A stretch of DNA of 63,517 bases, the filler included, from Intoshia linei (lineage: Eukaryota; Animalia; Orthonectida), in NCBI GenBank assembly GCA_001642005.1. It is 8 parts of 8 records of this genome, joined end to end, with 100 filler letters (N's around TTAATTAATTAA, not from the genome) between each part and the next. Parts side by side here need not be neighbours in the genome. Positions count along the whole stretch, not along the records: positions 17,198 to 33,884 come from LWCA01000844.1; positions 33,985 to 37,446 come from LWCA01002088.1; positions 37,547 to 49,526 come from LWCA01001121.1; 5 more parts are not named here. One strand, 5' to 3'. This document shows, in pieces, positions 26,549-39,754 of this stretch. Position numbers and translations under genes: made by a program. The notes under the pieces were generated by a model. That model was not told the DNA's origin. It saw only the letters and a program-made list of their open reading frames with translations, and did not search any database. Numbering within the stretch: the first letter of the stretch is position 1; every line of letters starts with the position of its first letter.

Positions 26549-29500
26549 TTGTACTAAATTGTAGCATCACTACAATATAATGTCAAACAGATTGTAAAAA
26601 CGATAAATCATTTAAGATGTATTTAAATGAATCGTTAAACATCAAAAGAAAATTTTCAGATAATATTCAATAATTCAAATAAAAATGTATCGAAATATGT
26701 TAAAAATTAAATAAAATTACATCAAATTTAATCAAATTGTTAAATTTATTCAAATAAATTAATCTTGTCAACACATTTAGTAATTTAAATGTTTCTCTTT
26801 ATATTATTGTAATAATTGCCAATAAATTATAATTTTAATTTGGAAATTTAACATTTAATTTCATGAAACTCAACATTTAACCAAACTACAGTTATTCCAA
26901 GTAATTTTCATTGCCACTTGTAACCAGTGCCGAACCTACTGTATCGAGACATCTAAAGAGGGTTTAGACTAGTGATTCCCAACGTGGGGCTTAAAAAATT
27001 TAAGTGCCGTGTACTCTTGCATTGTGTTATATTTATCCTCATCCTCATCGTATGTGGGTGTACCTTTTGATTTTATAAAAAAGTGCAAAATTGAACACCC
27101 CTAGTGTGCACGTTTATTAGAACATAATAAAAAATCCTTAAGAATTCAAATAAACTTATATAAAAACTTTAAAAAGGATAATTAGAGCTTATACAACAAA
27201 TATCATCCATCATAACTATTTAGTGATGACTAGTTAGTGATGATAAGTTTTTAATCAGTTTCTACAATATTAAATTTATGACCTTATTAAAACATAAAAA
27301 TGGGACTCGGAAATTCATTGAAATGTAATCAAAAATTCTGTTATAGTTCAGATGTTGGCCAGTGAGGCCACATTTAAAGAAATATGCGAATTTTTGGAAA
27401 GATATCACATCATGGTTAGGCTTAGATTTAATAAAAAACATGAACTGCAAAAAAAAGTACAGCAAACTGTATTTGTGTCAAATGAATTATCATGATTATC
27501 ATAACATTCAGCTAAATATGAAAAAAGCCTCTTGTCAACTCCAATAAAATATTTACCGCCATTAAAATTCATAATATTTCAAAACCCTGTCGCTGATAAA
27601 TTTTAAAAAAATTTGGAAGTATCAGAAAAGCTCACAGAAGGTTATTTCACAAAACTTGGAAAAGTTAAGCATTTAAGGTGGGCGCAGATGTACATGCAGA
27701 TTTATTTTAAAACTTTGATATCTACAGGTGAAGTCTCAATTTATCAGTATCCAATTTTCCATCACTCTCAAAACATTTTATTAGAATTGTGGTTATTTAT
27801 ATTGTAGGACTTTCATTTTAATTTTTAATCAATTAACAATCATATATAGATTCAATTTTATTTATTTAAAGGATAATTTGGTGGCCTAAAAACGTTAAAA
27901 GTTTTAAAATTATAAAATATCTTAACTGTCAAAAAGGATCACAACTTCGTACATAGATAAATTAATCATATACAATTTAATTTAATACATACATGTAATT
28001 GTACATGTAGTTTTGATATCTTATATAAATAATACTGCTATGCGGAGATTTTTTATCTAATACGAGAAATATAGTTAGCTACAAGTTTAATATAATAATT
28101 AACGTGGTATAATTTATTTTTTCTAATCACATTCATTTGTGGGTATCTCCATTTCTATAAATGTTGACTGGGGCTGTTGGCACGGCTATAGTTCATTAAC
28201 CACATCAGAGTGGTCCAAAGCGTGGCCAGTCAGATCAAATTGTCGGCCCTCGAAATTCTTTAGTAATATATTTTTAAAAACATTGATTTATGCATACATA
28301 ATGTAGATAAAAATAAAATGTATATTATAACGCGGGCCACATTCCAAAATTCGACCGCATAATTGATACCCCTAATAATAATAATTATAAATAGCTGTAC
28401 ATTTTTTAGTGTAAAGATGTAAAAAAATTAATGAGTAAATTAATTTACATACTAATTATTCACGATTTATACCCGAAATATTTTTTTTATGCATTTTTAT
28501 ACACCAAATTAAATAAGTCATACACCAAAAATTTAACAAGCAAATATTACTCTGAAATTGATGTAAAATATAAAAATACTGATTACCACATATATAAAAA
28601 ACCATAATAATTTTTCCGGAAACAAAATCGATTTTAATCACATCATCAATATCAGTAAATGTGAACTTTTCGCAGTTTTAGTCTAATAATGATAAACAGT
28701 TCATTTTGAAATATTTAATAATTATTAAATATAATTATTAATTTGGTTAAATTAAATTATTAATATATTTATGTACATTTACGAAGTCCCGGCGTCGAAC
28801 TTAAATTTGAAACAAGTGACATGCGACCCGCGGGTCATAAGTTTGACACGGCTAGTATATATGATGTAATATTTATATATATTTAAATTATTAAATATTC
28901 CAAAATGCATAGTTTATCATCATTATCAGATCTAAACTGCCACAAGATCACATTTACTGATATCAATGATACAATTAAAATCGTTATTATTAATTATTAA
29001 TTAATGATAATTAACAATTAATTCCAAATATAAAAATACTTGCAAGCGATATCAAATTAAAATTCTAGTTTTATCATTTGAACATTAATTTAAAAATCAA
29101 TTAAACATCAATCTTGCACATTGAATACAAAGCTGCACAAAAAAATTATTTTATTTCTAATTTCTCGAATAGAATCATCTCAAAATAATGATAAAGAAAG
29201 AGGTATCCAATTTTACTTCGTAATTAGCGGTAATAATCTGGGTTATCTTTTCATTAATCTTAGCACCATTGACAAAACAAATTTTTGAAAAATTAAAAAA
29301 ACCATGACAGCTCGAACAAAAAACGCAATCGATGTCGATTTTTACAGTCCGCTACATTATTTAACACAAAATAAACCTCTGAGCTAATACATGAATTTAT
29401 ATCACGTCTCAACTAACAATTCAACATTTCTGAATTTGATAGTTAAAGATATCTATATTTAAATATAAATTATACAAATATATAATCCTAATGGGTGTCA

Positions 29501-31353
29501 AAACTGGAGATTTTGGAGTCATAATCAAATAATCAAATCAATATTCAAAAATAAATTTGATGAAGTTGGCTTAAATTTTATTATCCCTATCTTCTTAAAT
29601 TAAATCATCTGTTAAATTAGATTAAATAATCTGATAAAATTCGTAATTAAAATAGTAGTTATATTTTTCTATACATGGGTATGCGAGCAAATATTCTCAT
29701 TTATGAAATTATCAAAAATAATTTACAGAAACCCATTATCTGAGGAAAATTTCTCATCTATAGTAAAACTGGGAATAAATAAACCATTTCTTCCTGATAT
29801 TAACAAGCTAGTTTTCAGTTCATTGTTTAAATGAGTGGTTCTCAAACTTTTTTGACAGTGAACCACTTGTCAAATAAAACATTTGCGGACCGTCATAGGC
29901 TATAATGCGTAACACATCAGTAAGCTAACATCGAAGCATTTTAAATATAAGTATAATATTTAATTATTTAATTTATTTTTTTGGTAGAATTAAAAAAGTC
30001 CGTCCTCGGCAGAGCTAGGTACTGTTTGTACTAGTAGTATAAATAAAATTATTAACATTAAATAATAACAATACAATACATGTAAATAAACATCAGTTCA
30101 ATTCTAATTGTAATATGGTATATATAAAATGTGAAACCTGTCTGATGTTTTTGTAAAGATGTGTTAAACAAATATGATTGTAAATAGCTATAGCCGATTT
30201 TTAATATCGTACGACCATGGATTTTTTCTAATTCCAATATTCGTTCAAAAAGTTAACACCTTAATATACATAATTTAAGTTAATTTCTCATTTTCGTAGT
30301 TATATGGTTTAAAAAAAAATTGGATAATAAATACATTTTTATTGTGCGGTCGTCGCGAATTTTTGTATCACGTGGTCTACATAAAGCAACCAACATACAA
30401 AATTCATTAATCAAAGGTTACATCTATCTATAATTATACTAATATTATAATAGAATTTAAAAGTTAACGTGTCATTTCGATTTATGACAATTTTAACATT
30501 TATAACGATTAAACTTTAGCATGCCTAAATATTAATTATAATTTTTTTTGAAAATTGAAAAGCAGCTGCAATATAACTGAAATATTTCTATTGTATACAT
30601 TATGAAATGTTACTTGCACATTTAAAATTTACATGAACCAAAATAAAATTTGTGATATATTATAATTATAATAAATCATAAATAATTAAAAATTGTGTAA
30701 TATATTAAAATGAGTAATTTTCAATACAAGATGAATTGGATGCAAAATGTAACTATTTTGTCTATAAACTACAATTACGTGTGATATATGCATAACCTCA
30801 GGGTACTAATAAATGTTTATTTGATCTATTAAATTTAATCTATATTGAATAAAACCCTTTCTTATCAACGGTTTAATAAAATTGTATGTACAATGTTCAT
30901 TCCCATTACATTTATGGCTTTCAATTTGAATTGTCAGTTGTATTACATATTTATAGGTAACTTGTACTCAAATTAAAAAGTAAACTAAAGTAACAAAAAA
31001 GAGGTATGTAATGTATTTATAGAGTAATTTAGAAAAATTATTATCATGTAAATATGAATATTTATTAATTGTTAAATTCGATTTTTATATCCTAAAATTG
31101 GTCGAGTCGTTTATTATAAATATAAATATCCTTACACAAAAGTTATGTTTTATATTTTTTTAAATTTACATTATGTACTGACCCAAACAATACAAATTAT
31201 TCAAGTATTTAGCTACAGGGCATAATCAAATCATCGATTCAGTTATTTGGTACATAAAAGTTTTTAACGATTTCAATCTCAAATCTAATCAGTCTCAAAT
31301 GGTATCCATAAACGAAGCAGGCTATGAAATCATTTATATATCATTAAATAAAT

Positions 31354-31596
31354 CAGTGTACCTGAATTGGGGCTCAATACCCACTAGTGCGCCACCAGCA
31401 AATATTTTTTTGATACCGAAACAACAAGTTTTTATCTTAATTTTGAGCTTTTTTTTGTAAAATCTTACACAACAGTACACATTTTAAGTCAGCACCAGCA
31501 GATATAAAATATTTACTATTTTTTTATTTGCTTCTGCACCAATTATCTTAAATTACCCCAAGTGCACCACAATTGAAAAAAGGTTTAGAAATACTG
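31354..31596. mobile_element. hAT-like MITE
   Basis: CAGT...ACTG ends, near-perfect 8-bp TSD (AAATAAAT/ACATAAAT), and repeated GCACCA motifs. Confidence 0.55.
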
Positions 31597-32769
31597 ACAT
31601 AAATAACAAATTTAAAAATTTCGTAGATGAAACTAAAACTCAAAAGTTGAATTTAAACAATACTATTCTAATCAAAAGGACCGAAAATAGCAAAATTTAT
31701 CTAAAGCTCTGAAAAATAATCCTACACTTAATTGTGATAATAAACACTAAATATTTGCAATAATCAGAATGATTTATGATAATATACAAATCTAAATATG
31801 GACTGATTTAATTATCAAAATTTAAAAAAAATACGTTAAACAAAATTTGACTGGAAGGTACATGTTTCATAATGGGATATTGATTAATTGTACGAATAAA
31901 TAAAATGAACGATAAAAAGTTCAAAAATAGCTGTTGAGAAAATGTCAAATATAATTGTTTTTTTTTTTAAAATTGATTTATATCATTCATATGACCGTCA
32001 AATGTCAAACTACCCATTATATTAAATTTATCAGCGCTTCTAGCATACATTTCAAAGAAAAATTAATAACTTTATATTTATGACATTACTTGAATCTATA
32101 CTACATTTTATTAATACATTTATTAAATGTTTATTAATTTAATTATTTTATTTTTAGACACCACTACTTTTCAGTTAAACGAATATAAATAGAATGTAAT
32201 GTCTTATTTTGATTAAATTGTTAAACACTCTGTTATGTTACATTTGTATAATAATTATAATTATATTGCAAAATTTAGTAAAATAATTATTATAATATAG
32301 GAAATGCTGTAAATCTGATCGTAAGATTATTAACATTAAAATAGGTAAATAAAATTAGTATGTTGGATTAATCGATAATTATTCTTTGTAAAATTTCAAA
32401 GTCAATCATATCAAAAACTATCCCTGATATAAAATCATTTAATATTTTTTCGTGTTTGTGTAAAAATTTATTTACAAAACTAAAGACATCAAATTTTAAA
32501 TAAAAATTCTACAACCGTGTGTTCTTCCGTTTTTCAATTTATAACATCAAAATTTTGCATCTGCTAGGTCAGAGGTGCACAACCTTTCCACCAATTCAGC
32601 CACAATGCTACTTTTCTCATTGATACTACGACCGCACAAAATTTACTTCAACATTGAGAAAGTTTACTCTGGACCTAAATTTTAGGTCTTAATAAAATAG
32701 TTTTCTTTAAATTTTAATATCAGCAAGTTTTAATTAAAATTAATCCTTAATTCACTCATATAAATAAAT

Positions 32770-33884
32770 ACCACATTTGTCATTTATCTGAATTCGGTTT
32801 TAATGGTTGAGTTCGTTTACGACATCCCGATTTGCTAATATTGCAAGGTTCACAAATTTTTATCCAATCATGAATTTGTTTTGACATTTTTGGCCAAAAA
32901 TAATGGTTTTTAATATTTTTTAGAGTTTTGTATATACCTGGGTGGTTGTAAATTTTCTCATTGTGGAAGAATTTTATTATTTCTGTAGTTTTGCTTTGGG
33001 GTACTATGGTTCGTAATGTATTAGGTTGTTTATAATATATTATGTCATCTTTAATTATTAATTGTTTGATGTATGGCAATAATGTGTTTCCTAGAGTGAT
33101 TGTATCTGGTGTGTTTATTTTTTTATAAATTTCTTTGCAGTCTTTGTCGTCGTTTTGTGCTTGTTTAATATTAAATATATCATTAGATGAGTAGATATGG
33201 TTCATTTGAGCAATCCTAGACTACATGTCGGCGGTTATATTGTCTTTGCCAGGTTTATATTTAATTGTGATATCATAGTCTTGGAGGATTTGAGTATATT
33301 TGAAATGTCTCTTTGTGATATTTTTTGAATTTATTATATAGATGAGGGGTTTATGATCCGTGTACACTGTGTAATGTTTACCAAGTAGATATTGTGTTAT
33401 GCTGGGCAGCGTATATTTTTGTTTTTATCAATTAGTTCAATTTTGTGAGTTCCAATGTTACATTTACAGGATTTTTTAAAAAAGCATAAAATATATTTGT
33501 TAATAATGTTCGTTAATTCAAGATTATGATCAATAATATTCATTGGGCTGTTTTTTATGTTATAATTCACATTTTTTGAGATATTGTTATTATATTTTGG
33601 TTTATATTTAGAGTTTAATTGCATTATGTTCAAATCAATTATAGTTGGGCATCCGATAATGTTATTACCTGATGTAATGTAGAATTTTATGGTTTTATTT
33701 AAAACTTTTAAGTGTGTTGATCCGAAAGATTTTATTTTGTTCCCAGAATATTCAAAGATCTCTATGTCACAGAAATCAGTTGTTTTATTTTTAAATTGGA
33801 GAAAGGTGTTTTTATTTATGCAATTTATGAATGATCCAGTATCGATTAAATAATTTACTAAAATAACCTGATTATATTCATTTT
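32770..33884 (-). mobile_element. Ty3/Gypsy pol fragment with internal deletion
   Basis: Protease YLIDTGSFINCI (~33830), then a jump to the RNase H end LGKHYTVYTDHKPL and the integrase Zn finger (H..PG..KT....K..YFWP.M...I..C..C). RT is missing. Confidence 0.85.
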
Positions 33885-34468
33885 NNNNNNNNNNNNNNNN
33901 NNNNNNNNNNNNNNNNNNNNNNNNNNNNTTAATTAATTAANNNNNNNNNNNNNNNNNNNNNNNNNNNNNNNNNNNNNNNNNNNNGAAGAATTTCCGGAAT
34001 TTTACATCAACAATGTTATAATCATGCAATACACCTTGTTGTTCTATCTGTATTATATTCTAGTGACTACGAATTTGAATATCACAAAAGCCTGTGCGAT
34101 AGTTAATTATTTAAGTAAACAATCTAAATATACAATTCAGTCCACATAGCTTGTTTTAAATTTAACAACAAATCTCATTTTAAACTAACGAATATTTCTA
34201 AAAGGTTTAAAGTTGAAAACATTTCAAAATTGTTAAAAGTATGAAAATTTTTCTTTGTTCGTAATAAATGGAGGGGTCACGAAAATATAAAAACAAAAAT
34301 CGTTCATAAGTAAGTCGCGAGGTATAAAAGGTGGAAATTCTAATTATTAAACGGTAAACATACATTCAATTTTATAAAATAAATGATTTAAAAAGTAAAA
34401 TAAAAAAATATTTTAATTTAGTGAAACAATAAATTAACACATTAAATGTAATATAAATTAAATATATT

Positions 34469-36589
34469 TTAAACATAAATTTTATCAATTTCACTTTTAT
34501 ATTTTTTAATAATGTTGTATCTTTTCAATTTTAAAGTAGGTGTCAATAATCCATTTTCTGGTGTAAAGTCTTCCAAAACAATAAGTAACATTTTAACCTG
34601 TTCAAATGGTAATAATCCATTTTCCTTTGCAAGAGTTTTTAAATCATCCAATAATTTATTTAAAAGTTTCTACAATAAACATAAATTAAAATTTCTACAA
34701 ATAAATTTCGTACAGTATTTCATATTTCATACAATTAAATTTATTTACCTTATTTTTCGATAATTCTAAATTGGTTAAAGTTTTGGCATTTTCAATGTAT
34801 TCATTAATTCTAACAAGTTCAAAATTTAACACAACTATGCAAACAGAATAACTCTAAATATAGAAATTAATCTAAAGTTAATTAAATTAAAGTAAACTTT
34901 AATTAGTCGTTCAATGCATACTACTTTATGCATAGGCTCTATAATAGAGATTAGCACTTCTCATATGGTGACTGGTCCCAGCAGCGGCTCTAAGTGGGTT
35001 GCAAAGGGAGGAGGCGCACCTGGCGTGACAAATATGCCCTAACATATTTTAATTTGTATAAAATTGTGTAAAATTAAAAAAAATTTCTAGGACATCTAAA
35101 ATTACATTAAATCGCTTTTATTGAATTATGCTTGTTATCATTGTTTACGTTTTATGTCTATTAATTTGTTATCGGAGTTTAACAGCCGTTTAAGTTAAAT
35201 TATCCAACTTAACGTTATTGATAATCGAAAGAAAACTTGCCGAAAATATAAAAATTGACATTTAAATACATTATGAGTTTGGTCTCGTAATAATTAATTG
35301 GCCCCCTGGCTGAAAATCCTAGATCCGCCACTGTTGGTCTTTCCAAAGGGTGAATACTTTAATAAGGGGTAAATGCGAAAAGTTTATTAGAAGCACTGAT
35401 ATAGATAAAAGAATGATGGAGAAAATAGCATTTTCTAATTATTATCATGTAGAATTATTACATTAAGTTTTTATTTAGTTTGTTCTTTCTAATTTTAATG
35501 TGGTGTACACTGGATTGTCAACCAGTCCACCAATTTTCTTTCAAAATAAAAAAACGAGGGTTGAAACCACTGTAATAATATTGTTCAAGTAACTAAACTC
35601 TGCAGTAACAATCCTCTCCAGGTTCTCATCTTAGAGATACCGATACGCTAATGATAAAATATATTACTTTTAAACTATTTCCATATACAACAGATTGAAT
35701 GATATAAGGTGATTTGTTATATACATTTTCAATTTTATGGGGAACAATATATTCACCCTAAAATATAAATTAATTAATACTTAAAGTATAAATATATAGT
35801 ACTAGGTTAACTGTTATGTACTACGTACAAACAGCACCTAGCTCTGCCGAGGGCACATTTTTATTATACCAAAAAAATAAATTCACGTTGAAAATAAATT
35901 TTGGGTTTTGGCCCTGAAAATGTAATTTTTCTAAATTTAAATTTATGATAATAGTTATGATTTTAAAATCCGTATCAGCGTATATTTAATTTTTTTAATT
36001 TTCCAACTCATTTGATTTTCAAAAAAAAGGACAATTGGGGTTTTTGATCCGTAATATGTGAGTTTGGGAGGTTAAAATTTATTTTGCTAACACCCCTAAA
36101 AAAACTGTAATTGAAATGTGGACTTTATAAAATTCTAACACTGGTAGTTGTTGAAATAAACGGTAACACACAGACACACAAACAAATATTGCGTATCGTA
36201 TTATATAAGAAAGGATTACATTTGTAATTACAATATAATTAAAATTAACAAAAATGTAAATAAAAACAAAAATGTTCAAAATAAATTACTTGAGACAGTT
36301 TGAAAATATCCTTTTTTCGGTCAACTATTTGTAAAGAACCACTACTCGTCAATCTTCCTATATCACCAGTATGAAACCAACCATCTATAAGTACTTCATT
36401 TGTTAATTCAGGTTGCTTAAAATATCCCCTAAATACATTTGATCCTTTGATACAAACCTAAAAAATACATTATTTAAAAACAAAAGTGTACAAAATTTAC
36501 CTCGCCAACATTATCTTTGGAAAAATAATTCATTTCTTCGACATCAACAAATTTAATAGTACTTGTATGCAGAGTTTTACCAACAGTGT
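34469..36589 (-). CDS. ACSL: Long-chain fatty acid-CoA ligase (ACSL family), last five exons (partial)
   Basis: Exons 36501-36589, 36290-36457, 35668-35757, 34749-34853 and 34469-34669 splice in frame: ...GE|[14 protein letters not shown]...[10 protein letters not shown]...[13 protein letters not shown]|[13 protein letters not shown]...[13 protein letters not shown]. The 5' part lies beyond a Tc1 insertion and a linker. Confidence 0.93.
34979..35333. mobile_element. MITE in ACSL intron
   Basis: Imperfect TIRs CAGCAGCGGCTCTAAG / CTAGATCCGCCACTG with similar flanks (CTGGTCC/TTGGTCT). Confidence 0.5.
35802..36210 (-). mobile_element. Complete ~409-bp non-autonomous Helitron in ACSL intron
   Basis: Minus strand begins TCTTATATAAT, has a (TG/TC) microsatellite tract, and ends with hairpin GTTTGTACGTAGTACATAAC followed by CTAG and a flanking T. 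No TSD. Confidence 0.75.
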
Positions 36590-36689
36590 CTAATTTAATG
36601 ATTTTTTTAAGAATTTACGTTCCCAAGTTAGATATAACTGTATACTCTGTGCATTGTTGTGTTTTAAAACTGGGTTCGTGTGAACTGTA

Positions 36690-37446
36690 CAGTGTGTCTT
36701 AACACCTTAGGGTGCATTTGCAATTTTTACATTATTAGTTATGTATGTAAATTTTTAACAATTTTGTCCTAATTACAGTGTGTCAATTTATTAGGCAGAT
36801 CACTAAAATTGATGTAATAAACTCTAGAAATGATGAAAACTTAATTTTTTTTTAATTAGGTGGCTTTTAATTGATGTTAATATTATTCATTAAAAAAACT
36901 AAATTTAATTTGTAAAAAAACTTTTTATTCACATATTATTGTTTATTTACTTAAATTAGTGTGTCAATATGTTAGGCAAATCAACAAATACTGATAAATG
37001 AAAGGAATATAACATCGAAATTTATTTCTAATGTTTAATATAGTTACCATTAACCTTTAACAATTTAATCAATCTTCCATCAACAGAATCTGTCAACTTC
37101 TTGACGCGTTCTGGTTGAATTGTACTAGACACCTGTTTTATCGCATTCCACATTGATTCAATTAAATTATATTGGGTTCTAGCAGCATATAGCTTTTTAA
37201 ATGGTAGAGTTATATGTATAGTTAATAGGTTATAAAAATATTACATCTTTATCATGCTCCAATAATTTTCTATTGGATTTAAATCTGAACTGATAGGAGG
37301 CCAAATTATTAACTTTTCTCCATTAATCCCATTTTCTGATAAAAATGTCCTACTATATGATCATGCATGGGAAGGTGCATTATCGTCCATGCATTTGAAA
37401 TTGTTTTTAAATTCTTCACTCTTTGAATTGAACCATGGAAAGTAGT
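36690..37446 (-). mobile_element. Tc1-like transposon 3' half
   Basis: Minus-strand DDNAPSHA...WPPISSDLNPIENYWSMIK. TA-CAGTGTGTC termini at 36690/36776 with an inner repeat near 36958. Confidence 0.8.
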
Positions 37447-37546
37447 NNNNNNNNNNNNNNNNNNNNNNNNNNNNNNNNNNNNNNNNNNNNTTAATTAATT
37501 AANNNNNNNNNNNNNNNNNNNNNNNNNNNNNNNNNNNNNNNNNNNN

Positions 37547-38038
37547 ATACAAAAGACTGGTTATTAAACAAAGGAATACATTTATTAAAATGGCCTGCTT
37601 ATAGCCCTGACCTCAATCCAATCCAAAATTTATGGGAAATTTTTTCAAGGGATATATATTCACACAATAAACAATATTTATCATTAAATTAATTATTCAT
37701 TATTCATCATTAATAGATCTCAAATTATCCATTATAGCCGCATGGGGCAATATTAAAAAAACGGATTTTGTACCCATTATTAAAACATATAATCATTTCC
37801 TTATCATTAATATTAAGCTATTTTAACTCAATTGTCCTCGACTTTTTCCCAAGAGAATTGTTGAAGATTTTCGTTAAATTTGATTAATTAAGCATAAATT
37901 TTAATTAAAAAATTTTTTGTTATTAAATCAAGCAATACATTCATTGTGATTATAATATTATTTCAAAATGGCAAATTTCGATTATTTTAAAGTTTTAGAA
38001 TACTTTCTGTAAATGTCCCAAACTTTTTTCTAGCAGTG
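37547..38038 (+). mobile_element. Tc1-like transposon 3' end
   Basis: [21 protein letters not shown]. Terminus TGTCCCAAACTTTTTTCTAGCAGTG-TA with an inner repeat TGTCCTCGACTTTTT near 37833. Confidence 0.8.
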
Positions 38039-38040
38039 TA

Positions 38041-39142
38041 GTAGACAATATTCACATGTTGTTATGTTTAAAACATTCAAAGTTATTCGTCCTTTATATT
38101 TTAGGCCAAAAATGTTTAAATCAATCGAAAATTTTATCAAAAATTGTGAAAAATGTAATCTTTACAAAATAAAAAATAAACAAACCGAGAAGCCACTGCA
38201 ACCGGTCTTAACAACAAAGTTAAATGAATTGTGGCAATTAGATATATTAGGTCCTTTTCCACAATCCCTCAATGGATATAAATATATCTTAACTATGACG
38301 GACATTTTTACTGGTTAGCCAGAAGCAATTCCATTATCAGATATTAGAGCCGAAACCATATCTAATGGAATTTTCAGAAAAATCGTAACGCGTTTTAGTC
38401 CTCCAAAGATTATTATTACCGATCAGGGTCGACAGTTAGAATATCAAATAATTAAAAATCTATGTCAACAATTGGGAATTGATAAAAAAGTGGCAAAAGC
38501 GTATCGGCATCAAGAAATTGGAAATATTGAACACCTAAATAGATCATTACGTGAAAAACTGAACATCCTATGTAACAATAATTATGATAACTGGGACATT
38601 TACCTTGATTATATTTTAATGACACTTCGATGTATACCAAGCGAAAGAACAGGTGTGTCTCCACTAAACCTTGTATATGGTCTTAATGATCAGATCTCAC
38701 ATTCCAAGTAGTTCAATACAAACCGTGAAGATGTAAATTATAAATAAATATATATAAATATATAAATATTATAAAAGGGTATCACGCAATTATAACAAAA
38801 TTCAACAAATGTCATCATCCTATCACCGTAAAAATTTTGAACTCAACCACCCATTACTTAATAAATTGCAACCTCGCTACAAACGTAAAGCAAAACCACC
38901 ATCTCACCTAAACGATTACATCGTTAATTTTGGGCGGGAGGTGTAATGTAGTCTTAGCGACGAAATTAGTTAATGTGATTATATAATTGTATATTTACAT
39001 TTTAACTGAACTTCACCGAATTATTTTATCAATCAATATTTAAAACATTGAATCAGTAACTCGAAACTAGTTTGAAAGTAAATAATTATATAAATAGATA
39101 ATAATAATTAATATAGTTTCTTGTTAAACAATAAACATTACA
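38041..39142 (+). mobile_element. Ty3/Gypsy integrase fragment, PPT and 201-bp 3' LTR
   Basis: C..C...WQLDILGPFP..NGYKYIL...D.FT, IITDQG, IEHLNRSLREKL...RTGVSP. PPT GGGCGGGAGG, then LTR 38942-39142 bounded by TGTAATG...CATTACA with AATAAA near its end. Confidence 0.9.
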
Positions 39143-39189
39143 ATTTAAATTATTAATATTAATTAGTAAGTTTCTTTAATATTTTACAT

Positions 39190-39658
39190 AGGTCTTCTGA
39201 GTACAACGAAAAATTTTCCTATCTGCAATAGAGTAATGTTTTTTAATAAAGAAGGAAACTCAGATGGTTATATGTGGAGGTGTTCTTCGTCATGCTCGAA
39301 ATCAATGTCTGTGAGAACCGGAACCTTTTTTGAAATAAATCATTTCACATTCGCTCAAATTCTAAGACTTATTTATTTATGGCCTGAAAATATATCATCC
39401 CATAAAACTTTAGAAAAAGAAATAAAATTTTCAAACAAAACTGTCATTGATTGGAAGAACTTGATGCGGGACGTATGTATAAACATTATGATGGAATACA
39501 CTGAACCTATTGGAGGTCCTGGCATTAAAGTTCAAATAGATGAATCTCAGTTCACAAAGCGAAAGTATAACAGACGTAAAATGTACCCACAACAATGGGT
39601 TTTTGGTGGAGTAGAGACTAGATCAAATAAATGCTTCATAAATCCTGCATTGTCCTAA
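39190..39658 (+). mobile_element. Merlin (IS1595/ISXO2-like) transposase fragment
   Basis: DGYMWRC..SCSKSMSVRTGTFF...VIDWKNLMRDVC...IGGPGIKVQIDESQFTKRKYNR....QWVFGGVE. Confidence 0.88.
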
Positions 39659-39754
39659 GGATAGATAGTCACATTAATGGCATTAATTTCGTAATTATTT
39701 TTATATATTTAAATGAGAATATTCTTAAACCCAACCATTTTTACTAAAAATCAA

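Noticed and set aside
27262-28641. Several 60-70-aa ORFs (similar ones across the window)
   Set aside because: Low-complexity I/K/N/F/Y composition expected from AT-rich DNA, or antisense shadows of real exons and TEs; no consistent splice structure.
36619-36670. Possible next upstream ACSL exon
   Set aside because: Its translation lacks the expected YGQTE-region sequence and it would need a 29-nt intron.
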